Positions 10,158-20,663 of a stretch of DNA of 64,000 bases are shown one piece after another. Origin of the DNA: Syntrophorhabdaceae bacterium (GTDB taxonomy: Bacteria; Desulfobacterota; Syntrophorhabdia; Syntrophorhabdales; Syntrophorhabdaceae); assembly GCA_963665295.1 (NCBI GenBank), contig OY762209.1, forward strand, positions 4,384,001 to 4,448,000. Reading direction: 5' to 3'. Below the pieces are notes generated by a model, which saw only the letters and a program-made list of their open reading frames with translations, had not been told where the DNA came from and searched no databases. How positions within the stretch are numbered: position 1 is the first letter of the stretch; every line of letters starts with the position of its first letter. Both the position numbers and the translations under genes were made by a program.

Positions 10158-10627
10158 GACATGCAATTTTTTCAGATTGAATACCTGCCTGACTGGACGG
10201 CCCCTTTCTCCTTGAAATATGGCCTCCGTTTATATTCCATACTGGATGCAGAATCTTTCCGGGCGGAGACCATTGCGGCGAGTTACGGCGAACCCGGGTC
10301 GGCGGCAGGATTCATCCAAGAAACCTGGGCTGCCTCTTCCGGCAGCAGTACCCTGCAAGCAGGCATACGCCGTTATAGCCGTATTATCAGTGGCTTCCGA
10401 TAATATCTGAATCCGGCCGCCTCTTGCGTTGAAGGTCAAACATATCCGAATTTTCACAATCTCCGGGATTTGTACACAGTTCTTGACCGAAAGCGGCCCG
10501 AAGGCGTTCCCTCCGGGAAATGAAGACCGGCCTGCGTCGGGCGGCAGTTGACGGACGTATTACAAGGATATAGTATCCAAGTGATATTGCGGGATTTCAA
10601 AAACGAATAAGCAGGAAAGGAGGAAAT

Positions 10628-10831
10628 ATGCCATATGTAAACTTTAAGGTGACAAGGGAAGGTGTTACGCCCGACCAGAAGGCGAAGCTGATCGAGGGAG
10701 TAACCAAATTGCTCCATGACGTCCTCGGCAAGAATCCCAACACCGTGTTCGTAGTCATCGACGAAGTAGATACGGATAACTGGGGCGTGGGCGGAGAAAC
10801 GATCACCGCGAGACGGCAAAGGGAGAAATAA
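10628..10831 (+). CDS. 4-oxalocrotonate tautomerase family protein
   Basis: Met-Pro start (catalytic Pro1), QKAKLIEGVT, VVIDEVDTDNWGVGG; strong SD AGGAGG. Confidence 0.9.
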   Translation: MPYVNFKVTREGVTPDQKAKLIEGVTKLLHDVLGKNPNTVFVVIDEVDTDNWGVGGETITARRQREK

Positions 10832-10969
10832 TCCTCCCTCTTCCTCCGGACCCTGCCCGGAACAGCGGAACGCGGGCGAGAAACAAGGTGGAGGATTTCG
10901 CCGTCCTCTGGTATAATGGCATCGTTATCGCCCTTGCGCCCGAGAAAAACAATTAAGGAGAAACAGCCA

Positions 10970-11785
10970 GTGACCATCAAGAGTTCCCCGTGGGAAAACC
11001 GTGCGACAGAGAAAAAGGGAGACCGGCAGTCCGCGGCCGCAGAGGATGAGACGGCCGATTTTGGATTTCAGAAGATTCCGGCTCGGGAAAAGGTAAATTG
11101 GGTGCGCAACCATTTCGATGTGGTGGCGGAAAAGTACGACATGATGAATACCCTCCTGAGCTTCGGCATCCATTACCTCTGGAAAAGAACAGCCATACGC
11201 ATGTTGGGCCTGAAACCCGGAGACCGGGTCCTCGACGTATGCGGGGGGACGGGCGACCTTTCCATCCTTGCCACAAGAAGAATTCGGCCCTCCGGACAGG
11301 TAGTCCTTTATGATATCAACAGAAAGATGATGGTGGCAGGGAGAAGCAAAGGGACCAATGCACGGGCGAGACAGCAAATCATGTTCGTCCAGGGTGATGC
11401 CGAGTGCATCGCCTTCGGCTCAGGAGACTTTGATGCGGCCATGGTGGGATTCGGTGTGCGAAACCTCACCCATATGGAACAGGGTTTCCGCGAAATCCAC
11501 CGCGTCCTCAAACCCGGCGGCAGGCTCATGTGCCTTGAATTCTCAAAACCCGTCTTTCCTCCTTTCCGCCTGCTCTATGACTTCTATTCTTTCTCCATCA
11601 TGCCCCTCCTCGGTAGTCTTATCGTAGGCTCCGCCAAGGCATACACCTATCTACCCGAGTCCATCCGTCTGTTTCCTTCGCCGGACGAACTCGCCGACCT
11701 TCTGAGAGAAATAGGCTTCCGTGACGTCACTTATCGAAGGGTTTCGAACGGTATTGCCGCGGTTCACGTAGGCACCAAAGTCTAA
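10970..11785 (+). CDS. ubiE: Demethylmenaquinone / 2-methoxy-6-polyprenylbenzoquinol methyltransferase
   Basis: FDVVAEKYDMMNTLLSFGIHYLWK, VLDVCGGTGDL, GFGVRNLT, AYTYLPESI. GTG start at 10970 after AAGGAG. Confidence 0.9.
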   Translation: MTIKSSPWENRATEKKGDRQSAAAEDETADFGFQKIPAREKVNWVRNHFDVVAEKYDMMNTLLSFGIHYLWKRTAIRMLGLKPGDRVLDVCGGTGDLSILATRRIRPSGQVVLYDINRKMMVAGRSKGTNARARQQIMFVQGDAECIAFGSGDFDAAMVGFGVRNLTHMEQGFREIHRVLKPGGRLMCLEFSKPVFPPFRLLYDFYSFSIMPLLGSLIVGSAKAYTYLPESIRLFPSPDELADLLREIGFRDVTYRRVSNGIAAVHVGTKV

Positions 11786-12011
11786 CCCCTCCCCTGCGCC
11801 CATACCGGAACGGAAATATGCCCGAAGATGGTCACCCCGGAGCATCCCCGCGACCCCCCCGGCGACCCGCGTGAGTCGGCCGCCCCTCCCCTTCGCCTGA
11901 CGGGCCCCGATCAGCCTTTCACGAAGCTCTCCCGGCGCCCGGACGCCCGATTGGCCTTGACTTGTAACCCCGGTAGAATATATAATAAATGACTTTTTAA
12001 GGGGGTATACT

Positions 12012-13772
12012 GTGCGAGATAAATACTGCGGATTGGTTACAAAAGAAGACATCGGCAAGACGATCACCCTCTCCGGCTGGGTGTTTCGCAGAAGGGACCA
12101 TGGGGGCCTTATATTCGTCGATTTAAGGGATGTGAGCGGCATCGTACAGATAGTCTTCTCACCCGAAATATCCAAAGAAGCTCATGAACAGGCGGGCGAC
12201 ATCAAGCAAGAATACGTGATCACCATCACGGGCAAGGTGGACCGGCGACCCCAGGGCACGGAGAATCTCAACATACCTACCGGCGAAGTGGAATTATATG
12301 TGACTTCCTTTGAGGTACTCAACACATGCAAACCCTTGCCTTTCCAATTGGACGAAGAGGAACCGAACGAGTCGCTCAGGCTCAGGTACCGCTATCTGGA
12401 TATGCGGAGAGAAGAGGTGAAAAAGGCCTTCCTCATTAGGAGCCTTGCCTACAAAACCACCAGGGATTATCTCGCGGACAGCGGATTTTACGAATTTGAA
12501 ACCCCCATGCTTACCAAAAGCACCCCCGAAGGGGCTCGGGATTTCGTTGTGCCGAGCAGGCTCAATCCGGGAAACTTCTATGCCCTGCCCCAATCCCCGC
12601 AACTCTTCAAACAACTGCTCATGGTCGGCGGTTTTGACAGGTACTTCCAGATTGTAAGATGTTTCAGGGACGAAGACCTCAGGGCGGACAGACAGCCCGA
12701 GTTCACCCAGGTTGACATAGAGATGAGCTTTGTGGACGTTGATGACGTGATCGCCATGAGTGAGGGCCTGATAAAGTCCGTATATGAATCGGTCACCGGC
12801 GCCACTCTGGACACCCCGATCCTTCGCATGAGCTACGACGACGCGATGGAACTCTACGGGTCGGATAAGCCTGACATGCGCTTTGAACTCCTCATGACGG
12901 ACCTCACCGACATCTTCAGAGAGACCGGGTTCGGTGTCTTCAAGAAGACCGTGGAGGAAAAGGGCGCCATCAAGTCGCTGGTTTTGAAAGGCAAGACCCT
13001 TTCGAGAAAGGACCTCGACACCGCCGTGGACATCTCCAAGGAGATGGGAGCGGGTGGGCTCATATGGATGCGCAGAGACAACGAAGCGCTCCAATCGCCC
13101 ATCGTCAAATATTTGAGCGACACTGAAAAAGCGGCCATGGACGAGAAACTCGGACTTGCCGACGGCGACGTGGTCTTCATCATGGCAGGCCCCCGGAACA
13201 AGACAAATGAAATCATGGGGAGGTTCCGTCTTTATGTGGGCGAAAAATACGGCCTCGCGGCAAAGGACCTCTTCAAGTTTCTCTGGATCGTCGATTTTCC
13301 GCTCCTCGAGTACAGCGAAGATGAGAAAAGGTATATGGCAAGGCATCACCCCTTCACCTCTGCAAAAGAGAGTGTGCGCACCTTTGAGGGGGACTATGAG
13401 ACCATAAAGGCGAAGGCCTATGACCTTGTCCTGAACGGCGTCGAAATAGGCGGCGGCAGCATCAGGATATATAGAACCGACGAGCAGATGGCCATGTTCA
13501 AGCTCCTCAACATTAAAGAGGCGGAAGCCAGCGACAAGTTCGGTTTTCTTCTCGAAGCCCTGGAAATGGGCGCTCCTCCCCACGGGGGCATCGCCTTCGG
13601 CTTCGACCGGCTTCTCATGATGCTCCTCAGACTCGAAAGCATAAGGGACGTCATACCCTTCCCTAAAACCCAGAAGGGGGCGTGCCTCATGACCGGGGCG
13701 CCGTCCAGGGTGTCCGCAAAACAGTTGAATGAGCTTAAAGTAAAGGCCATCGTCGATCAGACGGGAGGATAG
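12012..13772 (+). CDS. aspS: Aspartate--tRNA ligase
   Basis: RRRDHGGLIFVDLRD, STPEGARDF, LPQSPQLFKQLLM, FRDEDLRADRQPEFTQ, PPHGGIAFGFDR. GTG start. Confidence 0.97.
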   Translation: MRDKYCGLVTKEDIGKTITLSGWVFRRRDHGGLIFVDLRDVSGIVQIVFSPEISKEAHEQAGDIKQEYVITITGKVDRRPQGTENLNIPTGEVELYVTSFEVLNTCKPLPFQLDEEEPNESLRLRYRYLDMRREEVKKAFLIRSLAYKTTRDYLADSGFYEFETPMLTKSTPEGARDFVVPSRLNPGNFYALPQSPQLFKQLLMVGGFDRYFQIVRCFRDEDLRADRQPEFTQVDIEMSFVDVDDVIAMSEGLIKSVYESVTGATLDTPILRMSYDDAMELYGSDKPDMRFELLMTDLTDIFRETGFGVFKKTVEEKGAIKSLVLKGKTLSRKDLDTAVDISKEMGAGGLIWMRRDNEALQSPIVKYLSDTEKAAMDEKLGLADGDVVFIMAGPRNKTNEIMGRFRLYVGEKYGLAAKDLFKFLWIVDFPLLEYSEDEKRYMARHHPFTSAKESVRTFEGDYETIKAKAYDLVLNGVEIGGGSIRIYRTDEQMAMFKLLNIKEAEASDKFGFLLEALEMGAPPHGGIAFGFDRLLMMLLRLESIRDVIPFPKTQKGACLMTGAPSRVSAKQLNELKVKAIVDQTGG

Positions 13773-13773
13773 A

Positions 13774-15582
13774 ATGAGAAGAAAGCCGGGTTTCATCTTC
13801 AAAAACATTTCAAAGGGCACGAAATACCCTCTGATTGACGTGGAGGAACCCGAGCTTTACCGGGAAGTCTTTCCCTTTACGGAAGTATGTAAAATAAAAT
13901 TCGATCATAAAATCGAGCTTATCGATCCGCCCGAAGAGATTTACATCACGGATACCACGTTCAGGGACGGCCAGCAGTCAAGGCCGCCCTTTACTGCAGC
14001 ACAAATCGCCGACCTTTTTGACTTTCTTCACAGGCTTTCCGGGCCCAAGGGCGTCATCAGGCAGAGTGAATTCTTCGTCTATACCGATAAGGACCGGGAT
14101 GCTCTCGACAGATGCCGTGAACGGGGGTACCGTTACCCTGAAATCACGGGATGGATAAGGGCAAAAAAGGAAGATTTGCAGATTGCAAAAGATCTCGGCC
14201 TCAAAGAGGTAGGAATCCTCACCAGTTGCTCTGACTACCATATCTTTCTCAAACTGAAAAAGACGCGTTCCCAGGCATTGGAAGACTACGTGGGGATCGT
14301 CGAAAGCGCTCTCGACTACGGGATTATACCCAGGTGCCATTTCGAGGATGTCACAAGGGCCGACATATACGGGTTCTGCGTGCCCTTTGCCCAGAGGCTC
14401 ATGCGTATCGCGGACGAGACGAAAATCCCCATCAGGATAAGATTATGCGACACCCTTGGCGTCGGCGTCACCTACCCCGGGGCAGCGCTCCCCAGATCCA
14501 TCGGAAAGCTCATAAGGGCCATGATCGACGATGCAGGGGTCCCTTCCGAGTGGCTTGAATGGCATGGCCACAACGATTTCAATAAGGTGGTGGTCAACAG
14601 CGTCAGTTCCTGGCTCTATGGATGCGCTTATGTAAACGGCACGCTCCTCGGAATCGGTGAGAGGACCGGAAACGCTCCTATCGAGGGTCTTATAATGGAA
14701 TACATAAGTCTCACCGGCGATACCAACGGCATGGACACCCAGGTGATTACCGAGGTCCGGAACTATTTCGAAAAAGAACTGGGACACCTCATTCCGAGAA
14801 ACCAGCCCTTCATAGGAGTAGATTTCAACGCCACGTCGGCAGGCGTCCACATAGACGGCATAATCAAGAATGAGGAAATATACATCCCCTTCGATACGGA
14901 CAGGATACTCAACAGACCCCTGACCATAAATATCACCGATAAATCGGGTCTCGCAGGCATCGCCCACTGGATAAACTCACACTTTGCCCTCGTGGGAAAG
15001 GACAGGATCGAAAAAACCGATCCAGGGGTGGCAAAGATAAACAAGTGGATACTGAAACAGTACGACGAAGGCCGCGTGACCGCGATTTCAGACAACGAGA
15101 TCGAGCACCTCGTGCGAAGGTATGTCCCGGGAATATTCGTATCCGAGTTCGAACTTCTCAAGAAGCGCGCCTACGATATGGCAGCTCACCTCATAGAGAA
15201 GTATATCGAAGACTCTGCCGTCAAGACCATGGTTCCGGAGAAACAGGAAGAAGTCCTTATGAATATCGTCGAGGAACACCCGTACATTCAGTTCGCCTAC
15301 ATCGTGGACCGCCAGGGCATAAAGATTACGAAGAATATCAACCAGGTAATCGACCGCGCCAAGTACCACAAGATAGGGCTCCACGAAGATTTCTCCGACA
15401 GGGACTGGTTTATCAATCCCATCTCCAATGGGAAGATCAGTGTCACGAGCCTTTATTCATCGAGGATCACCGGAGCCCTGTGTGTCACCGTCTCCGGCCC
15501 CATCAGGGATGAGGTAGGCGAGATCGTGGGGGTGCTGGGATTAGACATAAAATTTGAAGATCTCACGAAGGCTGAGGAGTAG
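13774..15582 (+). CDS. DRE-TIM acyltransferase, probable Re-citrate synthase, with C-terminal Cache/PDC-like domain
   Basis: [42 protein letters not shown]. Lies upstream of a dehydratase and icd. Confidence 0.75.
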   Translation: MRRKPGFIFKNISKGTKYPLIDVEEPELYREVFPFTEVCKIKFDHKIELIDPPEEIYITDTTFRDGQQSRPPFTAAQIADLFDFLHRLSGPKGVIRQSEFFVYTDKDRDALDRCRERGYRYPEITGWIRAKKEDLQIAKDLGLKEVGILTSCSDYHIFLKLKKTRSQALEDYVGIVESALDYGIIPRCHFEDVTRADIYGFCVPFAQRLMRIADETKIPIRIRLCDTLGVGVTYPGAALPRSIGKLIRAMIDDAGVPSEWLEWHGHNDFNKVVVNSVSSWLYGCAYVNGTLLGIGERTGNAPIEGLIMEYISLTGDTNGMDTQVITEVRNYFEKELGHLIPRNQPFIGVDFNATSAGVHIDGIIKNEEIYIPFDTDRILNRPLTINITDKSGLAGIAHWINSHFALVGKDRIEKTDPGVAKINKWILKQYDEGRVTAISDNEIEHLVRRYVPGIFVSEFELLKKRAYDMAAHLIEKYIEDSAVKTMVPEKQEEVLMNIVEEHPYIQFAYIVDRQGIKITKNINQVIDRAKYHKIGLHEDFSDRDWFINPISNGKISVTSLYSSRITGALCVTVSGPIRDEVGEIVGVLGLDIKFEDLTKAEE

Positions 15583-15592
15583 AGACAGGCAA

Positions 15593-16885
15593 ATGGGCAA
15601 AACGATAGCCGAGAAAATACTGAGCATGAATACAGGGGCGGATGTGCGCCAGGGTGACTACGCGATAGTAAACGTGGACAGGATACTCCTTCAGGACGGC
15701 ACTGCTCCTCTTGCGATAAAGAGATTCGAGTCAATGGGATTCAAATCCCTTTTCAACGGAATGGCGGTCACCTTCTTCATAGACCACGGGTCCCCAAGTC
15801 CCAGGATGGAGCTTTCCAACGATCAGGTCGCCATACGGCGCTTTGCCGCTTCCCATGGCGCTGTCGTAAGTGAAGTGGGAGAAGGAATATGCCACCAGGT
15901 GATGGCGGAGTATATGCTTTCCCCGGGCCAGGTGCTTGTGGGATCGGATTCGCATACATGCACGGGAGGCGCCCTGGGCGCTTTTTCCACTGGAATGGGG
16001 TCCACGGACATTGCGGCCGCCATGGGCCTCGGAAAGACATGGATGAGGGTGCCGGAGAGTTTCAAATTCGAGATCAAAGGTCATTTTTCCGCGGGCGTTT
16101 CCGTAAAGGACCTTATCATCAGGATTATCGGGATGATAACCGCTGATGGGGCCACCTACAAATCCATCGAGTTCGTGGGAGACACGGTAAACCACCTCGA
16201 TGTGGAAGACAGAATGACCATGTCCAATATGGCGGTGGAAGCAGGGGCAAAGTGCGGCCTCTTCCCCTCGGATATTATGACCTTCCTCTACCTTAAACGA
16301 ATGAGAAGGGAGAAATCCTATCTTGAAATAGGACCGGATCAGGACGCGCGCTATGAAAAGGCCTTCGAGATAGATGTGAAAGGTCTCACACCCATGATAA
16401 GCCTTCCCCATCAGGTTGACAACGTGGTGAGCGTCACCGACGACCGGGCGAAAGGGTTGGTTGTCGATCAGGTCTTCATCGGTTCGTGCACCAACGGGAG
16501 GATAGAGGACCTGAGAACGGCCGCGCTCATACTGCGAGGTCGCCGCAAGGCCAAAAATGTGAGGCTCCTGGTCTGTCCCGCTTCGAGGACCGTGTACTAC
16601 CGGGCCCTCCATGAAGGCATTATAGCAGCCCTCTTCGAGGCGGGAGCCACAATACTTCCGCCGGGGTGCGGTCCGTGCATAGGACTCCACCAGGGCGTGC
16701 TCGGCGATGGCGAGTTGTGCGTTTCCACGTCAAACAGAAACTTTCTCGGGAGAATGGGCAACCCCGAATCCCGGATCATTCTTGCCTCGCCCGCGACTGC
16801 CGCAGCCACCGCTTTAAAAGGAAAACTGACAGACCCCAGGGAGGTTCTTGATGATTATAACGGGAAGGGCATGGAAGTTTGGTGA
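15593..16885 (+). CDS. leuC: 3-isopropylmalate dehydratase/homoaconitase-family large subunit (possibly acting as aconitase)
   Basis: [51 protein letters not shown]. Confidence 0.88.
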   Translation: MGKTIAEKILSMNTGADVRQGDYAIVNVDRILLQDGTAPLAIKRFESMGFKSLFNGMAVTFFIDHGSPSPRMELSNDQVAIRRFAASHGAVVSEVGEGICHQVMAEYMLSPGQVLVGSDSHTCTGGALGAFSTGMGSTDIAAAMGLGKTWMRVPESFKFEIKGHFSAGVSVKDLIIRIIGMITADGATYKSIEFVGDTVNHLDVEDRMTMSNMAVEAGAKCGLFPSDIMTFLYLKRMRREKSYLEIGPDQDARYEKAFEIDVKGLTPMISLPHQVDNVVSVTDDRAKGLVVDQVFIGSCTNGRIEDLRTAALILRGRRKAKNVRLLVCPASRTVYYRALHEGIIAALFEAGATILPPGCGPCIGLHQGVLGDGELCVSTSNRNFLGRMGNPESRIILASPATAAATALKGKLTDPREVLDDYNGKGMEVW

Positions 16886-17348
16886 CAATATTTCCACTGA
16901 CCATATAACACCGGGAAGGTTCTACCACTTGAGGTCGAACCTCGACGAACTGACGAAGCATCTCTTCGAAGACATAGCCCCCGGGTTCCACGAAAAGATC
17001 CGCAAGGGCGATATTATAGTGGGCGGTGTGAACTTCGGTCTCGGATCAAGCAGGGAACATGCGCCCCTCATCATAAAGATGGCAGGAATCGACGCCATCG
17101 TGGCTCGTTCCTTTGCACGAATCTTTTACAGAAATGCGATCAACGTGGGACTTGCCGCCATTATCTGTGATGTCAATGGCATAGACGAAGGAGATACTCT
17201 CGAAATAAGGGTAAATGAAGGCATTCTCACGAACAAGACCAAGGAAGAGGAAAAGAGATTCGCCCCCCTTCCGGCAATCATGAGGAACATACTCGAAGAG
17301 GGTGGGCTGGACCACTACATAAGGAAGCATGGTGAGCTTAAGCTATGA
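16851..17348 (+). CDS. leuD: 3-isopropylmalate dehydratase/homoaconitase-family small subunit
   Basis: [39 protein letters not shown]. Confidence 0.88.
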   Translation: MIITGRAWKFGDNISTDHITPGRFYHLRSNLDELTKHLFEDIAPGFHEKIRKGDIIVGGVNFGLGSSREHAPLIIKMAGIDAIVARSFARIFYRNAINVGLAAIICDVNGIDEGDTLEIRVNEGILTNKTKEEEKRFAPLPAIMRNILEEGGLDHYIRKHGELKL

Positions 17349-18499
17349 GCGAAATTATCGAAATCCCCTATATTGAAGGCGACGGCGCGGGTGAAGATAT
17401 CTGGAGCGCTTCCCGTGAGGTCCTTGAAGAGGCGGTCATCGCGGCCTACGGCGGTGAGAAGCGAGTCTCATGGATCCCCCTTCTTGCAGGACAGAAAGCA
17501 CTTGATCGGGACGGTACGCTCCTCGCTCCCGCCACCGTAGAGGAGATAAGAAAGCACCGGATAGCCCTCAAGGGCCCCCTCACTACCCCGGTAGGAGGCG
17601 GCTTCAGGAGCATAAACGTCTATCTCAGGCAGGTTTTTGACCTTTACGTCTGCATGAGGCCTATCAGGCATTTCAAGGGACTGCCGAGCCCTCTCAAAAC
17701 GCCGGAGAAGGTGAACCTGCTGATACTGAGGGAGAACACGGAGGACCTTTACAGGGGAATAGAGTGGAGAGCGGGCACCGACGAGGCCCGGGCGCTTCTC
17801 GCGTTTCTGAAGGAGACCATGAAGGTGACTCTTTCCGACGATACTGCCCTCGGTATCAAGCCGATCAGCAGGACCGGGACAAGAAGGTTCACGAAATGGG
17901 CCATAAACTATGCGATTGCGAACAACCGCCGTTCCATCACGGTGGTCCACAAGGGCAACATCATGAAATTCACCGAAGGAGGATTCAAAGACTGGGCCTA
18001 CGAGGTGGCCCGGGAGTTTCCCTCTTCCATCACTTTCGACAACGAGGAAGGAAAGATATCCTTCAACGACCGGATTGCGGACAATATGTTCATGCAGGCT
18101 ATACTGAGGCCCGAGGATTATGATATATTACTATGTCCCAATCTGAACGGCGATTACCTCTCAGACGCGTGCGCCGCGCTGATAGGGGGACTCGGTGTGG
18201 CTCCCGGGGCCAACATAGGCGATCACGTCGCCATCTTCGAACCGACCCACGGAAGCGCGCCGAAGTATACGGGCAGGGACATGATCAACCCCACGTCTTT
18301 TCTCCTCTCCGGGGCCATGATGTTCCGTTACATGGGACTCGACAGGGCTTCATCGCTCCTCGGGGACGCAATTGAGGAGACCATCCGGGATGGGATCATG
18401 ACTTACGATCTCGCCCGCCAGGCGGAAGGGGTGAGTCCGGTGGCATGCAGCACATTCGGCGCCCAGGTCGCAAAGAGAATAACGCGTACCGGCCTTTAG
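17345..18499 (+). CDS. icd: NADP-dependent isocitrate dehydrogenase
   Basis: IPYIEGDG, KGPLTTPVGGGFRSINV, VHKGNIMKFTEG, NLNGDYLSD, THGSAPKY. Confidence 0.93.
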   Translation: MSEIIEIPYIEGDGAGEDIWSASREVLEEAVIAAYGGEKRVSWIPLLAGQKALDRDGTLLAPATVEEIRKHRIALKGPLTTPVGGGFRSINVYLRQVFDLYVCMRPIRHFKGLPSPLKTPEKVNLLILRENTEDLYRGIEWRAGTDEARALLAFLKETMKVTLSDDTALGIKPISRTGTRRFTKWAINYAIANNRRSITVVHKGNIMKFTEGGFKDWAYEVAREFPSSITFDNEEGKISFNDRIADNMFMQAILRPEDYDILLCPNLNGDYLSDACAALIGGLGVAPGANIGDHVAIFEPTHGSAPKYTGRDMINPTSFLLSGAMMFRYMGLDRASSLLGDAIEETIRDGIMTYDLARQAEGVSPVACSTFGAQVAKRITRTGL

Positions 18500-18684
18500 A
18501 CCGCCTACGCACGATACGGCAGAGGTGCCCGGGGAGATTCCATCCGAACCGGAGAAACACGGCTCCAGGCAGGAACGGGATAACGACGCGAACCAATAAC
18601 ACCCCTTTTGCAGGGTTACACATCAGGGGGTGGTTTAAACCGCTATGACGGCGGCAATGAAAATCACACGGGAAGGAAAGACCT

Positions 18685-19804
18685 ATGATACAAGACGACA
18701 TTAAAAGCAAGATCGACGAGTTGATTGAACGAATGACCTCTCTCAGAGGTTATCTTTGACCTCCCCAAAATAACGGCACAAATCCGACAACTGGATGCCG
18801 GTATAGGCACCAAGGAATTCTGGGACGACCAGGAAAAGGCCCAGCAGGTTCTCAGGGAAAGATCCAGACTCCAGGAAGAGATAGACCGATGGACAAAGAA
18901 GGAGAAGGATCTGGAAGAGATCCTCATCCTCACGGAGATGGTGCGGGAAACAGAAGACCCCGATGACCTTCAAGAACTCCTTTCCGCGGTCACCACCCTC
19001 GACGATTCCCTCGGCAGCTATGAAATGGAGAGGATGCTCGGTGGGGAGAATGACCAGGGAAACGCCATCATCTATATAAACGCCGGCGCCGGAGGTACGG
19101 AGGCCCAGGACTGGGCGGAAATGTTGTTCAGGATGTACTTGAAATGGGCTGAGAGGAAGAAGTTCGAAACCCAGGTGGTGGACATGCTCCAGGGCGAGGA
19201 AGCGGGCATCAAGAGCGCCACATTCCTCCTCAAAGGACCTTACGCATACGGCTACATGAAATGCGAGGTGGGTATTCACAGACTTGTCCGTGTGTCGCCC
19301 TTCGACGCGAACAACAGGCGTCATACCTCCTTTGCCTCCGTGTACGCCTATCCTGAACTGCCTGAGGACATCCCCGTAGACATACGGGAGGAAGACCTGC
19401 GGGTGGACACCTTCCGCTCCAGCGGACCCGGAGGGCAACACGTGAACAGGACGGAATCCGCCATCAGGATCACCCACCTGCCCACCGGCATCGTGGTCCA
19501 GTGCCAGAACGAGCGCTCCCAGCACAAGAACCGGGCTATCGCCATGGCCATATTAAAATCAAGAATATACGAACTTGAGAAGAAGAAGCAGGAAGAGAAG
19601 ATGAACACCTTGAACAAAGAGAAGAAGGACATCTCCTGGGGAAGTCAGATTCGATCCTATATACTGCATCCCTATAAGCTGATCAAGGACCACAGGACTA
19701 AAACGGAGATGCATAACGCCGAGGCAGTGCTCGATGGAGACATCGATGCCTTCATCAAAGCGTGCCTTTTATACTTGACTTTTGAGCAAAAAAACGATAA
19801 TTAA
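18685..19804 (+). CDS. prfB: Peptide chain release factor 2 (programmed +1 frameshift at 18754-18760)
   Basis: ORF0 MIQDDIKSK...RGYL ends in CTT-TGA-C. The +1 frame continues into the ORF carrying SPF, GGQ and WGSQIRSY motifs. Confidence 0.95.
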
Positions 19805-19810
19805 TCACCT

Positions 19811-20044
19811 ATGGAACTATTCAGCGAGACAAGAATAATCGAGTTAGAAGAGAAGATCGACAACCTCATCGGCAACTATCTGGCCCTGAAAGAAGAGCAT
19901 CGACAAACGTTGGAAAAGCTTGCGTCCGTTGAGACCGAGAACACGGATCTCAGGGACAAAGTTAATACGGTTAGGACCGAACGGGAATTGATAATCGAAA
20001 AGGTCACAAAGCTGCTTGAGAAGGTTGAAAAAGTAGAAGCCTGA
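19811..20044 (+). CDS. zapB: Short coiled-coil protein, ZapB-like
   Basis: 77 aa with heptad pattern (LEEKIDNLIGNYLALKEE); immediately upstream of zapA. Confidence 0.65.
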   Translation: MELFSETRIIELEEKIDNLIGNYLALKEEHRQTLEKLASVETENTDLRDKVNTVRTERELIIEKVTKLLEKVEKVEA

Positions 20045-20064
20045 AGGCTTACTTAAAGGTGTAG

Positions 20065-20325
20065 ATGGAGAAAAAGGTTGAGGTTAGGATACTAAATCAA
20101 CCGTTCACCTTTATAGGCGAAGACGAAGAAAGGATCAAGAAAGTTGCGGGTTTCGTCGACGGTAAGGTCAGGCTTGTACTCGACAATTATGGTATAGTTA
20201 ATACTATAAATGCGGTCATAATGGCGATGATGGAGCTTTCCGACGAGTATCTGGTCATAAAGGAGCAGGCGGAGAAGGTTGAAGGCAGAACGCTCCGGCT
20301 CCTAAAAAAGATAGAAGGGATTTGA
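20065..20325 (+). CDS. zapA: Cell division protein ZapA
   Basis: VEVRILNQPF...IKKVAGFVDGK...AVIMAMMELSDEY; conserved zapA-6S-rny context. Confidence 0.85.
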   Translation: MEKKVEVRILNQPFTFIGEDEERIKKVAGFVDGKVRLVLDNYGIVNTINAVIMAMMELSDEYLVIKEQAEKVEGRTLRLLKKIEGI

Positions 20326-20327
20326 GG

Positions 20328-20500
20328 TTCCCTGCGATGCTCGTGATAAATGGTAGACTTAGAACCAACACCTCTTTATCGGGGGCTTTGTCCTGCTACG
20401 GTGTGCATGCTCGCCTCGGCGAGACGCCTAATGTAGCAAAATAGCACCCACATTTATGAGAGGTTCAAGTTTCTATTGTTTACACGGCATTGCGGGGGTT
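20328..20500 (+). ncRNA. ssrS: 6S RNA
   Basis: About 175 nt, with 5' CCCTGCGATGC pairing to 3' GCATTGCGGGG, internal GAACC/GGTTC pairing and a terminal CTCGCC-TC-GGCGAG hairpin. Canonical position after zapA. Confidence 0.85.
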
Positions 20501-20663
20501 TTGATAGATTAGGGGTAGTTGTTGAGGAAACAGGGGTTTTGACATAAATACCTTAATGTTATTTGGAGGTAAGGAATAGCCTTAAGAGATACATAAAAAA
20601 AGAGAAGGATGTACTGGTTCCTCACCAGACTGACCCCCTACATGTTATACATAAGGGGGTATT

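Noticed and set aside
10161..10460. Short ORFs in the nuoA-tautomerase intergenic region
   Set aside because: No recognisable motifs or convincing SD on either strand; a gene or remnant cannot be supported.
12294..13820. 508-aa minus-strand ORF
   Set aside because: Antisense shadow of aspS with no recognisable motifs. The same applies to the other long antisense ORFs (e.g. 15731-16690, 18743-19525, 20931-21878, 31182-32042, 45482-46402).
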